This document shows positions 9,107 to 17,650 of a stretch of DNA of 26,601 nt, one piece after another. Both the position numbers and the translations under genes were made by a program. Origin of the DNA: Sulfurimonadaceae bacterium (GTDB lineage Bacteria > Campylobacterota > Campylobacteria > Campylobacterales > Sulfurimonadaceae); NCBI GenBank assembly GCA_041548245.1, contig JBFESZ010000021.1, forward strand, positions 1 through 26,601, written 5' to 3'. How positions within the stretch are numbered: position 1 is the first letter of the stretch; every line of letters starts with the position of its first letter. Under the pieces are notes generated by a model. It was given only the letters and a program-made list of their open reading frames with translations. It was not told where the DNA came from and did no database searches.

Positions 9107-10057
9107 ATGTCAATTATGGACCACGTTGATGCTGCCACACAGCTTGCTAGAAATAATGAGGTACAGCTACTTGTCTTTAAGGCATCTTCTGACAAAGATT
9201 CACCCTTTTATGCGATCAATGTGTTCAAGACACGTGAAGTCGTAGAAGCCAAGAATCATTTTCTAACCCAAATACCTTCCTCACATCCCCTGCTTGAAGG
9301 CAGCATTGTCCTACGTGGACTTCAAATACCAATTCTTAACCTACCAAAATGGCTTGATCAGCAGATCAGCCGTGAAGAGATGAATTCATCGCGTCTTTTG
9401 ATCTGCGACTTTAATGGTGTCATCATCGGTCTACGCATTATGGAAGCTTATCGTGTCATCAAAAAGAACTGGGAAGATATGCATGCTCCCGATAGCTACA
9501 ATATGCAAAACCACACAAAAGTAGTCAATGACACCCGTTTGGAAGATGGCAGTATATGTATGGTCTTGGACTTCGAACAACTGCTTGCAGATGTCATCCC
9601 TTCAGCAATGGTCAATGTCGATGAGTCACCGGAGAATATCAAAGATCTAAATATCCCAAAAAAACTGCGTGAGGGGGTGATACTCATTGCCGAAGATTCA
9701 AAGATTGCACAGAAGCATCTTCGCCAGATTTTTGAAAAAGCTTATATCAAATATCGTATCTTTAATAATGGAAAACAGCTTATAGACTATATCGACAGCC
9801 TTCCTGACAAAAGCATTATTCCTGCTGTCATCACAGATATCGAGATGCCTGAAATGTCGGGCTTTACTGTTATGAGACTACTCAGAGAGAACCCGCAGAC
9901 TAGTAATATCCCTATTATTGTGAACTCATCCATGACAGGAGAGAACAATAAGCGTGAAGCTGAATCATTAGGTGCTGATGATTTTATCAGTAAAACCAAA
10001 AGTCATGATGTCTTACCGCTTGTGATCAAAGTCATGGAAAGAAAGGGCATCGTTTAA
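9107..10057 (+). CDS. cheV: Chemotaxis protein CheV (CheW domain plus receiver domain)
   Basis: N-terminal CheW domain (YAINVFKTREV, LRGLQIPILNL) and a C-terminal receiver (AEDS, TDIEMPEMSG, NSS, ISK). Confidence 0.94.
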   Translation: MSIMDHVDAATQLARNNEVQLLVFKASSDKDSPFYAINVFKTREVVEAKNHFLTQIPSSHPLLEGSIVLRGLQIPILNLPKWLDQQISREEMNSSRLLICDFNGVIIGLRIMEAYRVIKKNWEDMHAPDSYNMQNHTKVVNDTRLEDGSICMVLDFEQLLADVIPSAMVNVDESPENIKDLNIPKKLREGVILIAEDSKIAQKHLRQIFEKAYIKYRIFNNGKQLIDYIDSLPDKSIIPAVITDIEMPEMSGFTVMRLLRENPQTSNIPIIVNSSMTGENNKREAESLGADDFISKTKSHDVLPLVIKVMERKGIV

Positions 10058-10084
10058 CGCCCACTTCTGACATACACTAGATCC

Positions 10085-10441
10085 TTAACTAGCCGCACAA
10101 ACTTTTTCAATATCATCTGCCAATTGCTGATTCCATTCAAAATCAACGCTATATCTGCCATCGGGATATAAATGATAGTTCAGAGTGTTCCAACGATTTT
10201 CTTGCCCCTCAGCTGTTTGAAAGTGAAGTTCCAGCAAAAGGTCAATCAGTTGTTTTTTGTCATCTTTAGAGAATGTAAAAGAGAGAGGTTCATGGCCAAG
10301 ACCATGCAGATAACCACCTGAAAGTTTTATTGCTAAAGCATGAAGTTCAACCTCCAAGACAGCTTCCGTCCAGGAGGAGTCCATACCTTTAACCATCATT
10401 GCCGAAATTTCAATATAGATATGGTCCAAATCTTTGTTCAT
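10085..10441 (-). CDS. YezG/DUF600-like polymorphic-toxin immunity protein (putative)
   Basis: The pattern IY.EI...M....W..AVL.V...G Y...LLEL......NRWN...Y.L..DGRYSVDFEW resembles DUF600/YezG antitoxins. The start is placed at ATG 10441, behind an AAGGA SD. Confidence 0.6.
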   Translation of the reverse strand: MNKDLDHIYIEISAMMVKGMDSSWTEAVLEVELHALAIKLSGGYLHGLGHEPLSFTFSKDDKKQLIDLLLELHFQTAEGQENRWNTLNYHLYPDGRYSVDFEWNQQLADDIEKVCAAS

Positions 10442-10504
10442 AACCATCCTTTTTGCCAATGCCTTTAAGGAAGGTAAACAAATTCCATTCCATTTTGACG
10501 GATA

Positions 10505-10518
10505 AGGCGATTACGCCT
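10505..10518 (-). terminator. Short hairpin downstream of ccsBA
   Basis: AGGCG-TAAT-CGCCT just after the stop codon, with only a weak U tract. Confidence 0.3.
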
Positions 10519-10526
10519 GAATCTGC

Positions 10527-13500
10527 TTAAGCCTTTTCAATCTTACGATTACGTGAAGCCACAAGAATCAATACGAAGATAATCGCGTACGTCCATGGAA
10601 CAAAGTCAGGCACAGGAATAGGGTCTCCCTTAGCATATGAATGCATACCTGCAAGATAGTAGTTAACACCGAAATAGGTCATCACAATCGATGAAAAGAC
10701 CAGTAGGGAAACAGTTGCAAAGATGAATGGTGTGTATATCGCCTTAATAAATCTTAAATGAATCACAACAGCATATAGTAAGATACTGACCAGGGCCCAT
10801 GTCTCTTTCGGGTCCCATCCCCAATAACGTCCCCATGACTCGTTCGCCCAGACTCCGCCAAGAAAGTTACCTACAGTAAGAAGCACAAGACCGACGATAA
10901 GGCTCATCTCATTAATCGCATTCAACTCCAAGATGGAAAGGTTGATACGTCCTTCATTTTTCTTGCTTCTAAGCGCAAACAGGATTAAAACGATAAATCC
11001 AAGCAAGGCACCTAAAGCAAGAAAACCATAACTCGCCGTAATCATTGATACATGAATAGACAACCAATATGACTGCAGAACCGGTACAAGGTTCGTCACT
11101 TGAGGATCGAGCCAGTTTAGATGCGCTACAAAGAGTATAAGGCCAGAGAGTACACCTGTAGCAGCAAGTGTGATTGCAGAGTTGCGTGAGAAGATGAATC
11201 CGGCAAGAACGGTTGCCCATGCGATGTAGATCATAGATTCATAACCGTTAGACCAGGGAGCATGTCCTGAAATATACCAGCGGATAATAAGCCCGATCGT
11301 ATGGAAGACAAACAGAACAATCAAAATAAGCATCGCCGACTTTGAAAACCATTGCAGTTTGAACTTCGGTTGGATAATCTTAACAAAACTCAACACCAGT
11401 AAAACAAGTCCCATAACCAGATAAAATGGCATTAACTGTTCAAAGATGTTGTATTTGTTATAAAAAATCTCGGCTGTTATCTTTTGCTCAGTTGGATAGA
11501 CCTCTGCTCCATATCTTTTCTGATATTCAGCGATCTTGGCTATTCCTTTGTCTGCACTGCTCCAATCACCTGTTTTTAACGATGATTCAACCCCTGTAAA
11601 GTACGCGACAGCAGCTTCACGTACCTTCAGGCTATCCTCCGGGCTAAAGGTCTGTAGAGCTTCAATCGTAGCAAACCATTTGTTGTTTTCATGGTTAGGT
11701 TTGGCAAACAGTTTAAAAATAGATCCTGTAAAGACCATATAAACGATATTAAAACGCTCATCAACTTGTAAAACAGCCTTGTCGAACTTATTACGTTCAG
11801 CTGGTGCCTTCTGGGCAGCAAGCTCAACAAACTCTTGAAGCTTATATCCCTGAAGCGTGTCAGGCGACTCCAGAAATTGGGAAAAAGAGGCATACTTGCT
11901 TTTAGGATCATTACCCAAGATCTTATTGATCTCTTCGTGCTTAGTCTTGATAAGATTGATCTCACGCCACGCATCGGGACGGACCATCATCCCAAGTACC
12001 ATCTGATCTGCACTCATACCTGCGATACGACCCCCATGCACCTTGTTTACGATCTCCGTATTAAGTGTGTTCAAGGGTTTCATACGACCGGAACTGTCTT
12101 GAGTTATGAGTTTACCAAAGTTCGCTGCATGTTCTTTGTCAAAGGATGTGATAGTCTTGACAAGTTCATTAACGCCTTCTTCAGCCCTAACCTCATTCGA
12201 GATGCCAAGAAGCAGTGAAAATGCCAATAAGACACTAGCTATGCCATCACGCTTGGCAGCATATTCACGACCCTTTTTAACAAGCTTTCTAAAACGTCCA
12301 TTAGGCATGAAAAAAGAGGCAAACATACCGATAGCCAACATCGTATAACCTATATATGTCGGTAGCGTCCCAGGATCGTTGTTCACTGAAAGAATCGTTC
12401 CCTGCTCATCCCTATCAAAAGAGGATTGAAAAAACCTAAAGTTTCGATGATCAAGTATATGATTCATATAGATTCTGTATGGCATATTGACCCCTTCTTC
12501 CTTGTCAATCAAAACCACTTCACTCGCATACGAAGCTGGACTCATCGAACCAGGATAACGCTCAAGCTGAAAATCAACAAGTTTCAAACTAAATGGAAGT
12601 ATTTTGATGATTGCGCCATAAGAAAGTTCGATCTTCATCCCGTCAAACTCTGCCAACTTTTCAAAGCCAATAGCACCTGAGCTTCCAACAAGTGTCACCT
12701 CTTTACTCTGGCCCTTATAGATCACTTCCATGACAAGTCCGTCTTGAAGACGGTTTCGACTTCCTTTTACCTTCTTGGATACCAGTTTTTCAATCACATG
12801 CGCATTCACTTTGCGCATCACAAAGTTCGTTCCTGCTGTCTGATACAATGTGCGTGTTTTAAGCTCGTTCTTTTCACCTGCTTTTAACGTATTTCCCGAA
12901 CGTGTAGCCATATCCAGTGTATTAAATTCAAAAGAATGTGACATATATAGATGCTCATTCTCAAAACTGATATTGACAATAGGTTTATCAGATTTTACTT
13001 CGGCACCAAAGTTTAAGATAAGATCACTCGCTTCGAAGAATGAGCCCTCTTTCAACTTGATCTGTTCAGGCTGATTGTTCACAGTGATCATAAACTCTAA
13101 AACTGTTTTACCGTTTTCTTTATCTTCGACCAACTCATTGACAGCATTGGGAATGTACTCTTTAAGACGCAATCTAACCGTCTCTCCTTGAACATCAATC
13201 TCTTCGTCCAAGTGGTTTTCACTCAACTCCGAAAGAAGCACAACCTTTTTGTACTCATGTTTTGTATTGTCTTTCTCAAAAATAGCACGAACATAGGTCT
13301 CGCGAGATGTGATACGATTTTCAATCTCACCTTCGCGAATATGCATACTTCCTTCATAGCCGACAAAACGTGTAATGATCGCACCCAGCAAGATGACCAG
13401 AAACGAACCATGGAACAGAACAATATTCCATTTTTTCTGGTTAAACATGGAGTGTCTGATCATCGATGTCAATAGATTTAGCGCCAAAACTCCCAAAAGT

Positions 13501-13661
13501 ACTTCAAACCAGCGAGCACTGTAGACCTCTGCCTGCGCAGTCTGTGTACTAAAGTCACTCTCAATAAAAGTCGCGATACCGACCGCAAATGCAAAAACAG
13601 TCAATAAAATAGCCGTCAATCGCATCGAAGACAAAAAATTAAATACTTGTTTCATATTCAT
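10527..13661 (-). CDS. ccsA: Cytochrome c biogenesis system II heme lyase, CcsBA (ResB-ResC) fusion
   Basis: N-terminal ResB region (ATFIE, FHGSF, GYEGSMHIREG, IYMNHILDH..FRFFQSS) and C-terminal CcsA region (GHAPWSNGYES, WLSIHV, the WWD motif WANESWGRYWGWDPKETW, GMHSYA). Confidence 0.95.
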   Translation of the reverse strand: MNMKQVFNFLSSMRLTAILLTVFAFAVGIATFIESDFSTQTAQAEVYSARWFEVLLGVLALNLLTSMIRHSMFNQKKWNIVLFHGSFLVILLGAIITRFVGYEGSMHIREGEIENRITSRETYVRAIFEKDNTKHEYKKVVLLSELSENHLDEEIDVQGETVRLRLKEYIPNAVNELVEDKENGKTVLEFMITVNNQPEQIKLKEGSFFEASDLILNFGAEVKSDKPIVNISFENEHLYMSHSFEFNTLDMATRSGNTLKAGEKNELKTRTLYQTAGTNFVMRKVNAHVIEKLVSKKVKGSRNRLQDGLVMEVIYKGQSKEVTLVGSSGAIGFEKLAEFDGMKIELSYGAIIKILPFSLKLVDFQLERYPGSMSPASYASEVVLIDKEEGVNMPYRIYMNHILDHRNFRFFQSSFDRDEQGTILSVNNDPGTLPTYIGYTMLAIGMFASFFMPNGRFRKLVKKGREYAAKRDGIASVLLAFSLLLGISNEVRAEEGVNELVKTITSFDKEHAANFGKLITQDSSGRMKPLNTLNTEIVNKVHGGRIAGMSADQMVLGMMVRPDAWREINLIKTKHEEINKILGNDPKSKYASFSQFLESPDTLQGYKLQEFVELAAQKAPAERNKFDKAVLQVDERFNIVYMVFTGSIFKLFAKPNHENNKWFATIEALQTFSPEDSLKVREAAVAYFTGVESSLKTGDWSSADKGIAKIAEYQKRYGAEVYPTEQKITAEIFYNKYNIFEQLMPFYLVMGLVLLVLSFVKIIQPKFKLQWFSKSAMLILIVLFVFHTIGLIIRWYISGHAPWSNGYESMIYIAWATVLAGFIFSRNSAITLAATGVLSGLILFVAHLNWLDPQVTNLVPVLQSYWLSIHVSMITASYGFLALGALLGFIVLILFALRSKKNEGRINLSILELNAINEMSLIVGLVLLTVGNFLGGVWANESWGRYWGWDPKETWALVSILLYAVVIHLRFIKAIYTPFIFATVSLLVFSSIVMTYFGVNYYLAGMHSYAKGDPIPVPDFVPWTYAIIFVLILVASRNRKIEKA

Positions 13662-13753
13662 CTCACTTATTATAATTATTTGGTATATTTTAGCTTGCCA
13701 ATGTTAAGACAAGGTTACATCTCAAGAAAAAAAAATCCCATTTTTCAATAGTA

Positions 13754-16456
13754 TTACTTTAGTTCACTCCAATTCTTTCCTATGTTGACCGAAGAACGTA
13801 GTGGAACATTGAGCGTATATATACCTTCCATGATCGTTTTGAACCTCTCAGCCAGAACTTCTGCTTCATCTTCGTTCACTTCGAAGATCAACTCATCATG
13901 TATCTGCAGTAACATTCTTGCATGTAGATGTTCCTTTTTTATCACATCGGAGATCTTATTCATGGAAAGCTTGATAAGATCCGCTGCCGAGCCCTGAAAG
14001 ACAGTGTTAACGGACTCCCTTTCATAGGCAGCCTTCATCATAGGAGGTGCACTTTCAAAATTAAAATAACGGCGACGGCCAAGAAGTGTCTCCACATAGC
14101 CCACCTCTTTCGCCTTGTCCGCTACACTGCGTAAAAATGTCTTTATGGTTGGAAACTTCTCAAAATAGGCCTCGATGATCTCTTTAGCCTCTTTCGTACT
14201 TACACCGACATCAACTGAAAGTTTTTTCGGACCCATCCCGTATAAAAGCCCGAAGTTGACAATCTTCGCGATATTTCGCTTGCTGTCTGCTTCTTCTTCT
14301 CCAAAGATAGCAGCAGCTGTTTGACGGTGAATGTCTTTATCGTGTGCAAAGGCATCTAACAAGGTCGGGTCCTGTGAGAAGTGTGCTAGAAGACGCAGTT
14401 CAATCTGTGAATAATCGATCCCGACAAGCATCTTTCCTTCAGAAGCGACAAAGGCCTGACGTATCTTCGCACCCATTGGCGAGCGTACCGGAATATTTTG
14501 AAGGTTCGGGTTCTTTGAGCTTAGACGTCCGGTCGCTGTTCCCGTCTGCAAGAAAGAGGTATGCACCCGTCTATCCTCATTCTCAAGTCCCAAAGTCAAG
14601 AGCGGATCGATATAGGTGGAATAGAGCTTGAAGACCTCCCTGTACTCTAAAAGAGCTGGAATGATCTCATGGGTGTCATACAGGCCGTTAAGAACTTTTT
14701 CATCGGTAGAGTAACCGGTTTTTGTCTTCTTGCCGGCAGGAAGACCCAAGGTCTCAAACAGAACGACACCAAGTTGCTTCGTCGAGTTGATGTTAAACTC
14801 ACCGCCTGCAAGTGCGTAGATCTTTCGACGTAGTTCGTCCAAAAGCACTTCTGTCTCTGCCTTAAAGTTTTGCAAGAAGTCGGTATCGACTTTGATACCT
14901 TCCTCTTCCATCTCAATCAGTGTCTGAATAAAAGGAAATTCGACCTCTTTAGCCTCTCCAATCAAGTGCTCAGCACCTTGAAGCTTTAATTGTTCAAGAA
15001 GCTTATGATAGAGTTTATACGTTATCAAAGCATCTTCTGCAGCATAATCAGCCGCCTCTTCCAAAGCGACAGAAGCAAAGTTCTCGCCTTTTTTGACTGT
15101 ATCTTTAAAAGCGATCATTGTATGATTGAAGTAGAGCGTAGAGAGTTTATCCAGGCCGACGGGTTTTTCAGAGTTGACTAACCAGGCCAAAAGCATGGTA
15201 TCAGCATAGGGCTTATACGCTTTTAGGCCAAGATACGGGCAGATGAACTTCAGATCAAACTTCAGATTGTGACCAATGACCTTGAAATCCAGTAGCTCTC
15301 TCAACGCTCTAACACCGATTTCTTTTGATATCTGATCACCTACACCCAGATAGACATGGGCCAAAGGGATGTAATACCCCCTGTTCTGTTCAAAAGAAAA
15401 ACTGAACCCAACCAATGAGTCTTGGCTAGAGTCTAGACCCGTTGTCTCCGTATCAAGGGCTACAACACTCTCTTTAGGAATACTTTTGATCACATTAAAA
15501 AGCTTCTCTTCATCATCAAGAAGAGTATATTCAAATACTTCTTGTGGTGCTTCGGTTTTCTCTTCTATTTTTGAAGGTTGAATTTCAGCGATCATTCCTT
15601 TTGCCTTAAGTTGCCTAAGGATTCCGTTGAGCTCATATTTATGCAGATCATCGACAATGCCCAAAAACGGGTTCTCATAAGTCAGGATGAAACGTGAAAA
15701 ATCAAGTTCTTCAAAAACATTGTCCACTAAAGTAACAAGCTTTTGTGATCGCCAAGCATCCTCTTCATATGTCTTTAACTTGTTTTGCACACCGGCAGGT
15801 TTAACCTCATCAATATGATCATAAATACCCTGAAGTGTATCAAACTCATTGAGAAGTTTTTGTGCCGTCACTTTTCCCACCCCTTTGACACCAGGAACAT
15901 TATCGGCACTGTCACCCAGGAGGGACTGATAGTCTGTAAACTGATCCGGACGGATCCCGTACTTTGCAATACATGCTGCTTCATCAATATCTTTACGCTT
16001 GATCGCGTCGACCACTATGACCTTTCCGTCATCAATCATCTGATAGAGGTCTTTGTCGTGAGAAACGATACGGACATTCATTCCCTGCGCTGTTGCAAGT
16101 CTGGTAACCGATGCGATCATATCATCGGCTTCATATCCCTCTTTGCAGATGGTGGCAAACCCCATTTTCTCCACCCACTCCACGGCAATCGGAAGCTGTG
16201 CCATCAACTCTTCAGGGGGAGAGGGACGATGCGCCTTATACTCCGGATCGATCTCATTTCTAAAGGTAGGTCCTTTCATGTCCAACGCAAAGACGATATA
16301 GTCTGTGTTATGCTCTTTTTCAATACTGGCAATAAAATTGGTAAATCCTGTCAAAAGCCCCGTAGGAAAGCCCTCTTTGTTTTTTAATGGGGGTAGCGCA
16401 TAAAAACTGCGAAAAAGAAATCCAAAAGTATCTATGATAGTGATCGTTTTAGCCAA
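13754..16456 (-). CDS. polA: DNA polymerase I
   Basis: 5'-3' exonuclease motifs (YKAHR, EADD, DKD, GDSADNVPGV), 3'-5' exonuclease motifs (DTETTG, HNLKFD, YAAED) and polymerase motifs A/B/C (DYSQIELR, KIVNFGLLYG, QIHDEL). TTG start with an AAGGA SD. Confidence 0.98.
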   Translation of the reverse strand: MAKTITIIDTFGFLFRSFYALPPLKNKEGFPTGLLTGFTNFIASIEKEHNTDYIVFALDMKGPTFRNEIDPEYKAHRPSPPEELMAQLPIAVEWVEKMGFATICKEGYEADDMIASVTRLATAQGMNVRIVSHDKDLYQMIDDGKVIVVDAIKRKDIDEAACIAKYGIRPDQFTDYQSLLGDSADNVPGVKGVGKVTAQKLLNEFDTLQGIYDHIDEVKPAGVQNKLKTYEEDAWRSQKLVTLVDNVFEELDFSRFILTYENPFLGIVDDLHKYELNGILRQLKAKGMIAEIQPSKIEEKTEAPQEVFEYTLLDDEEKLFNVIKSIPKESVVALDTETTGLDSSQDSLVGFSFSFEQNRGYYIPLAHVYLGVGDQISKEIGVRALRELLDFKVIGHNLKFDLKFICPYLGLKAYKPYADTMLLAWLVNSEKPVGLDKLSTLYFNHTMIAFKDTVKKGENFASVALEEAADYAAEDALITYKLYHKLLEQLKLQGAEHLIGEAKEVEFPFIQTLIEMEEEGIKVDTDFLQNFKAETEVLLDELRRKIYALAGGEFNINSTKQLGVVLFETLGLPAGKKTKTGYSTDEKVLNGLYDTHEIIPALLEYREVFKLYSTYIDPLLTLGLENEDRRVHTSFLQTGTATGRLSSKNPNLQNIPVRSPMGAKIRQAFVASEGKMLVGIDYSQIELRLLAHFSQDPTLLDAFAHDKDIHRQTAAAIFGEEEADSKRNIAKIVNFGLLYGMGPKKLSVDVGVSTKEAKEIIEAYFEKFPTIKTFLRSVADKAKEVGYVETLLGRRRYFNFESAPPMMKAAYERESVNTVFQGSAADLIKLSMNKISDVIKKEHLHARMLLQIHDELIFEVNEDEAEVLAERFKTIMEGIYTLNVPLRSSVNIGKNWSELK

Positions 16457-16529
16457 GGGAAAAATCCTTCAAAAAATTTTCTTAGTATAGTTATTCAAGC
16501 CAAAAAGTTTGATGAAATAGCGTTTAGAT

Positions 16530-16535
16530 TATAAT
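16530..16535 (+). promoter_or_regulatory. -10 box 7 nt before ATG 16543 (candidate leaderless)
   Basis: TATAAT-TACACCA-ATG, no SD. Confidence 0.55.
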
Positions 16536-16542
16536 TACACCA

Positions 16543-17046
16543 ATGAAATCACTAAAATATCTTAATCGCTATACTCCTGAAACCCAAAATAAGGTACATG
16601 AGCTTATTGAAAAACAGCAGCTCTCTGCGTATATCTTGAGTAAATATCCCAAAGCACACGACATAAAAACGGACAAAGCACTTTTTAGCTACGTCATGGA
16701 GCTTAAAGAGAATTATATGAAGAAGTCTGCTCCACTGAGTAAAGTTATCTATGACGGAAAGATTCATGTCATTCATAATGCTTTGGGCACCCATCGTTTT
16801 GTCTCCAGAGTACAGGGAGGTAAACTCAAAGCAAAAAACGAGATTCGGATTGCCTCCATGTTTAAAAGTGTCCCTGAATCATTCTTGTCGATGATCGTCG
16901 TGCACGAACTGGCTCACTTCAAAGAGAAAGAGCACAACAAGGCATTTTACAAACTGTGCGAATACATGGAACCCTCCTATCATCAACTCGAATTTGACCT
17001 AAGACTCTATCTGACACACATCGACCTCTTGGGAAAATTATATTAA
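16543..17046 (+). CDS. ygjP: YgjP-like (DUF45, M48-type HExxH) metal-dependent hydrolase, possible UTP pyrophosphatase
   Basis: Motifs SRVQGGKLKAK, IVVHELAH.KEKEHNKAFY.LC and MEP.YHQLEFD closely match E. coli YgjP as recalled. Confidence 0.88.
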   Translation: MKSLKYLNRYTPETQNKVHELIEKQQLSAYILSKYPKAHDIKTDKALFSYVMELKENYMKKSAPLSKVIYDGKIHVIHNALGTHRFVSRVQGGKLKAKNEIRIASMFKSVPESFLSMIVVHELAHFKEKEHNKAFYKLCEYMEPSYHQLEFDLRLYLTHIDLLGKLY

Positions 17047-17086
17047 CCCTCTTGTATTTACTTGAGCTAGCCTCAACATTTCCGGT

Positions 17087-17092
17087 TATAAT
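17087..17092 (+). promoter_or_regulatory. -10 box 6 nt before ATG 17099 (candidate leaderless)
   Basis: GGTTATAAT-TGTTCT-ATG, no SD. Confidence 0.55.
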
Positions 17093-17098
17093 TGTTCT

Positions 17099-17620
17099 AT
17101 GAAACTATCCAAACTCTTTTTCTTGTTACTGATTTTGCTGAATGTTGCCCAGAGCAATGAACTGCATGATGACGTCATCAAAAGCAATGAAGACTTACAT
17201 GAGCTCTTTTTGACGGCCTACATCCTCTCCTTTCATTGGACAAAAAACGACAGTACTGGTGAGAAGTATAACGATACACACAAAGCCTATGGCCTTGAAT
17301 ATATCCGCGACAATGAATATTCACTTTCATATAATCATTTTATTAATTCAAGAGGAAGAAAAGTAGACGTATACGGAGCTGGATACCTTTTTGATTTTGA
17401 TAAGCAACCGTTCGGATTGCATTTGGTCGGAGGCTATCAGGAAGGATATTGTTTCAACGGTCTTTTAAACTCTGTAGAATGTACCCAAAGTAGTGATGAC
17501 AGCAGTGCCTTCATCCTGCCCATGCTTTACTATAAACATCCATTTTTTAAAGTAGATCTTTTCAGCAATGGCAATATGATTGCATTTCGCTTCAATATAA
17601 AAATATACGATCTGTTTTAG
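17099..17620 (+). CDS. Secreted small beta-barrel outer-membrane protein, PagP-like (putative)
   Basis: Signal peptide, alternating aromatic-rich beta strands and a C-terminal Phe. The H...YN...G.E...F.NS...G.GY pattern resembles PagP. Confidence 0.55.
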   Translation: MKLSKLFFLLLILLNVAQSNELHDDVIKSNEDLHELFLTAYILSFHWTKNDSTGEKYNDTHKAYGLEYIRDNEYSLSYNHFINSRGRKVDVYGAGYLFDFDKQPFGLHLVGGYQEGYCFNGLLNSVECTQSSDDSSAFILPMLYYKHPFFKVDLFSNGNMIAFRFNIKIYDLF

Positions 17621-17634
17621 CCCCCTGCTAAACT

Positions 17635-17643
17635 TGCTATAAT
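17635..17643 (+). promoter_or_regulatory. Extended -10 box 7 nt before ATG 17651 (candidate leaderless)
   Basis: TGCTATAAT-TGCGTCC-ATG, no SD. Confidence 0.6.
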
Positions 17644-17650
17644 TGCGTCC

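Noticed and set aside
15785-16387. 200-aa + strand ORF antisense to polA, and the many other 60-134 aa antisense or alternate-frame ORFs in the track
   Set aside because: They lie within well-supported genes, show no recognisable motifs, and are typical shadow ORFs.
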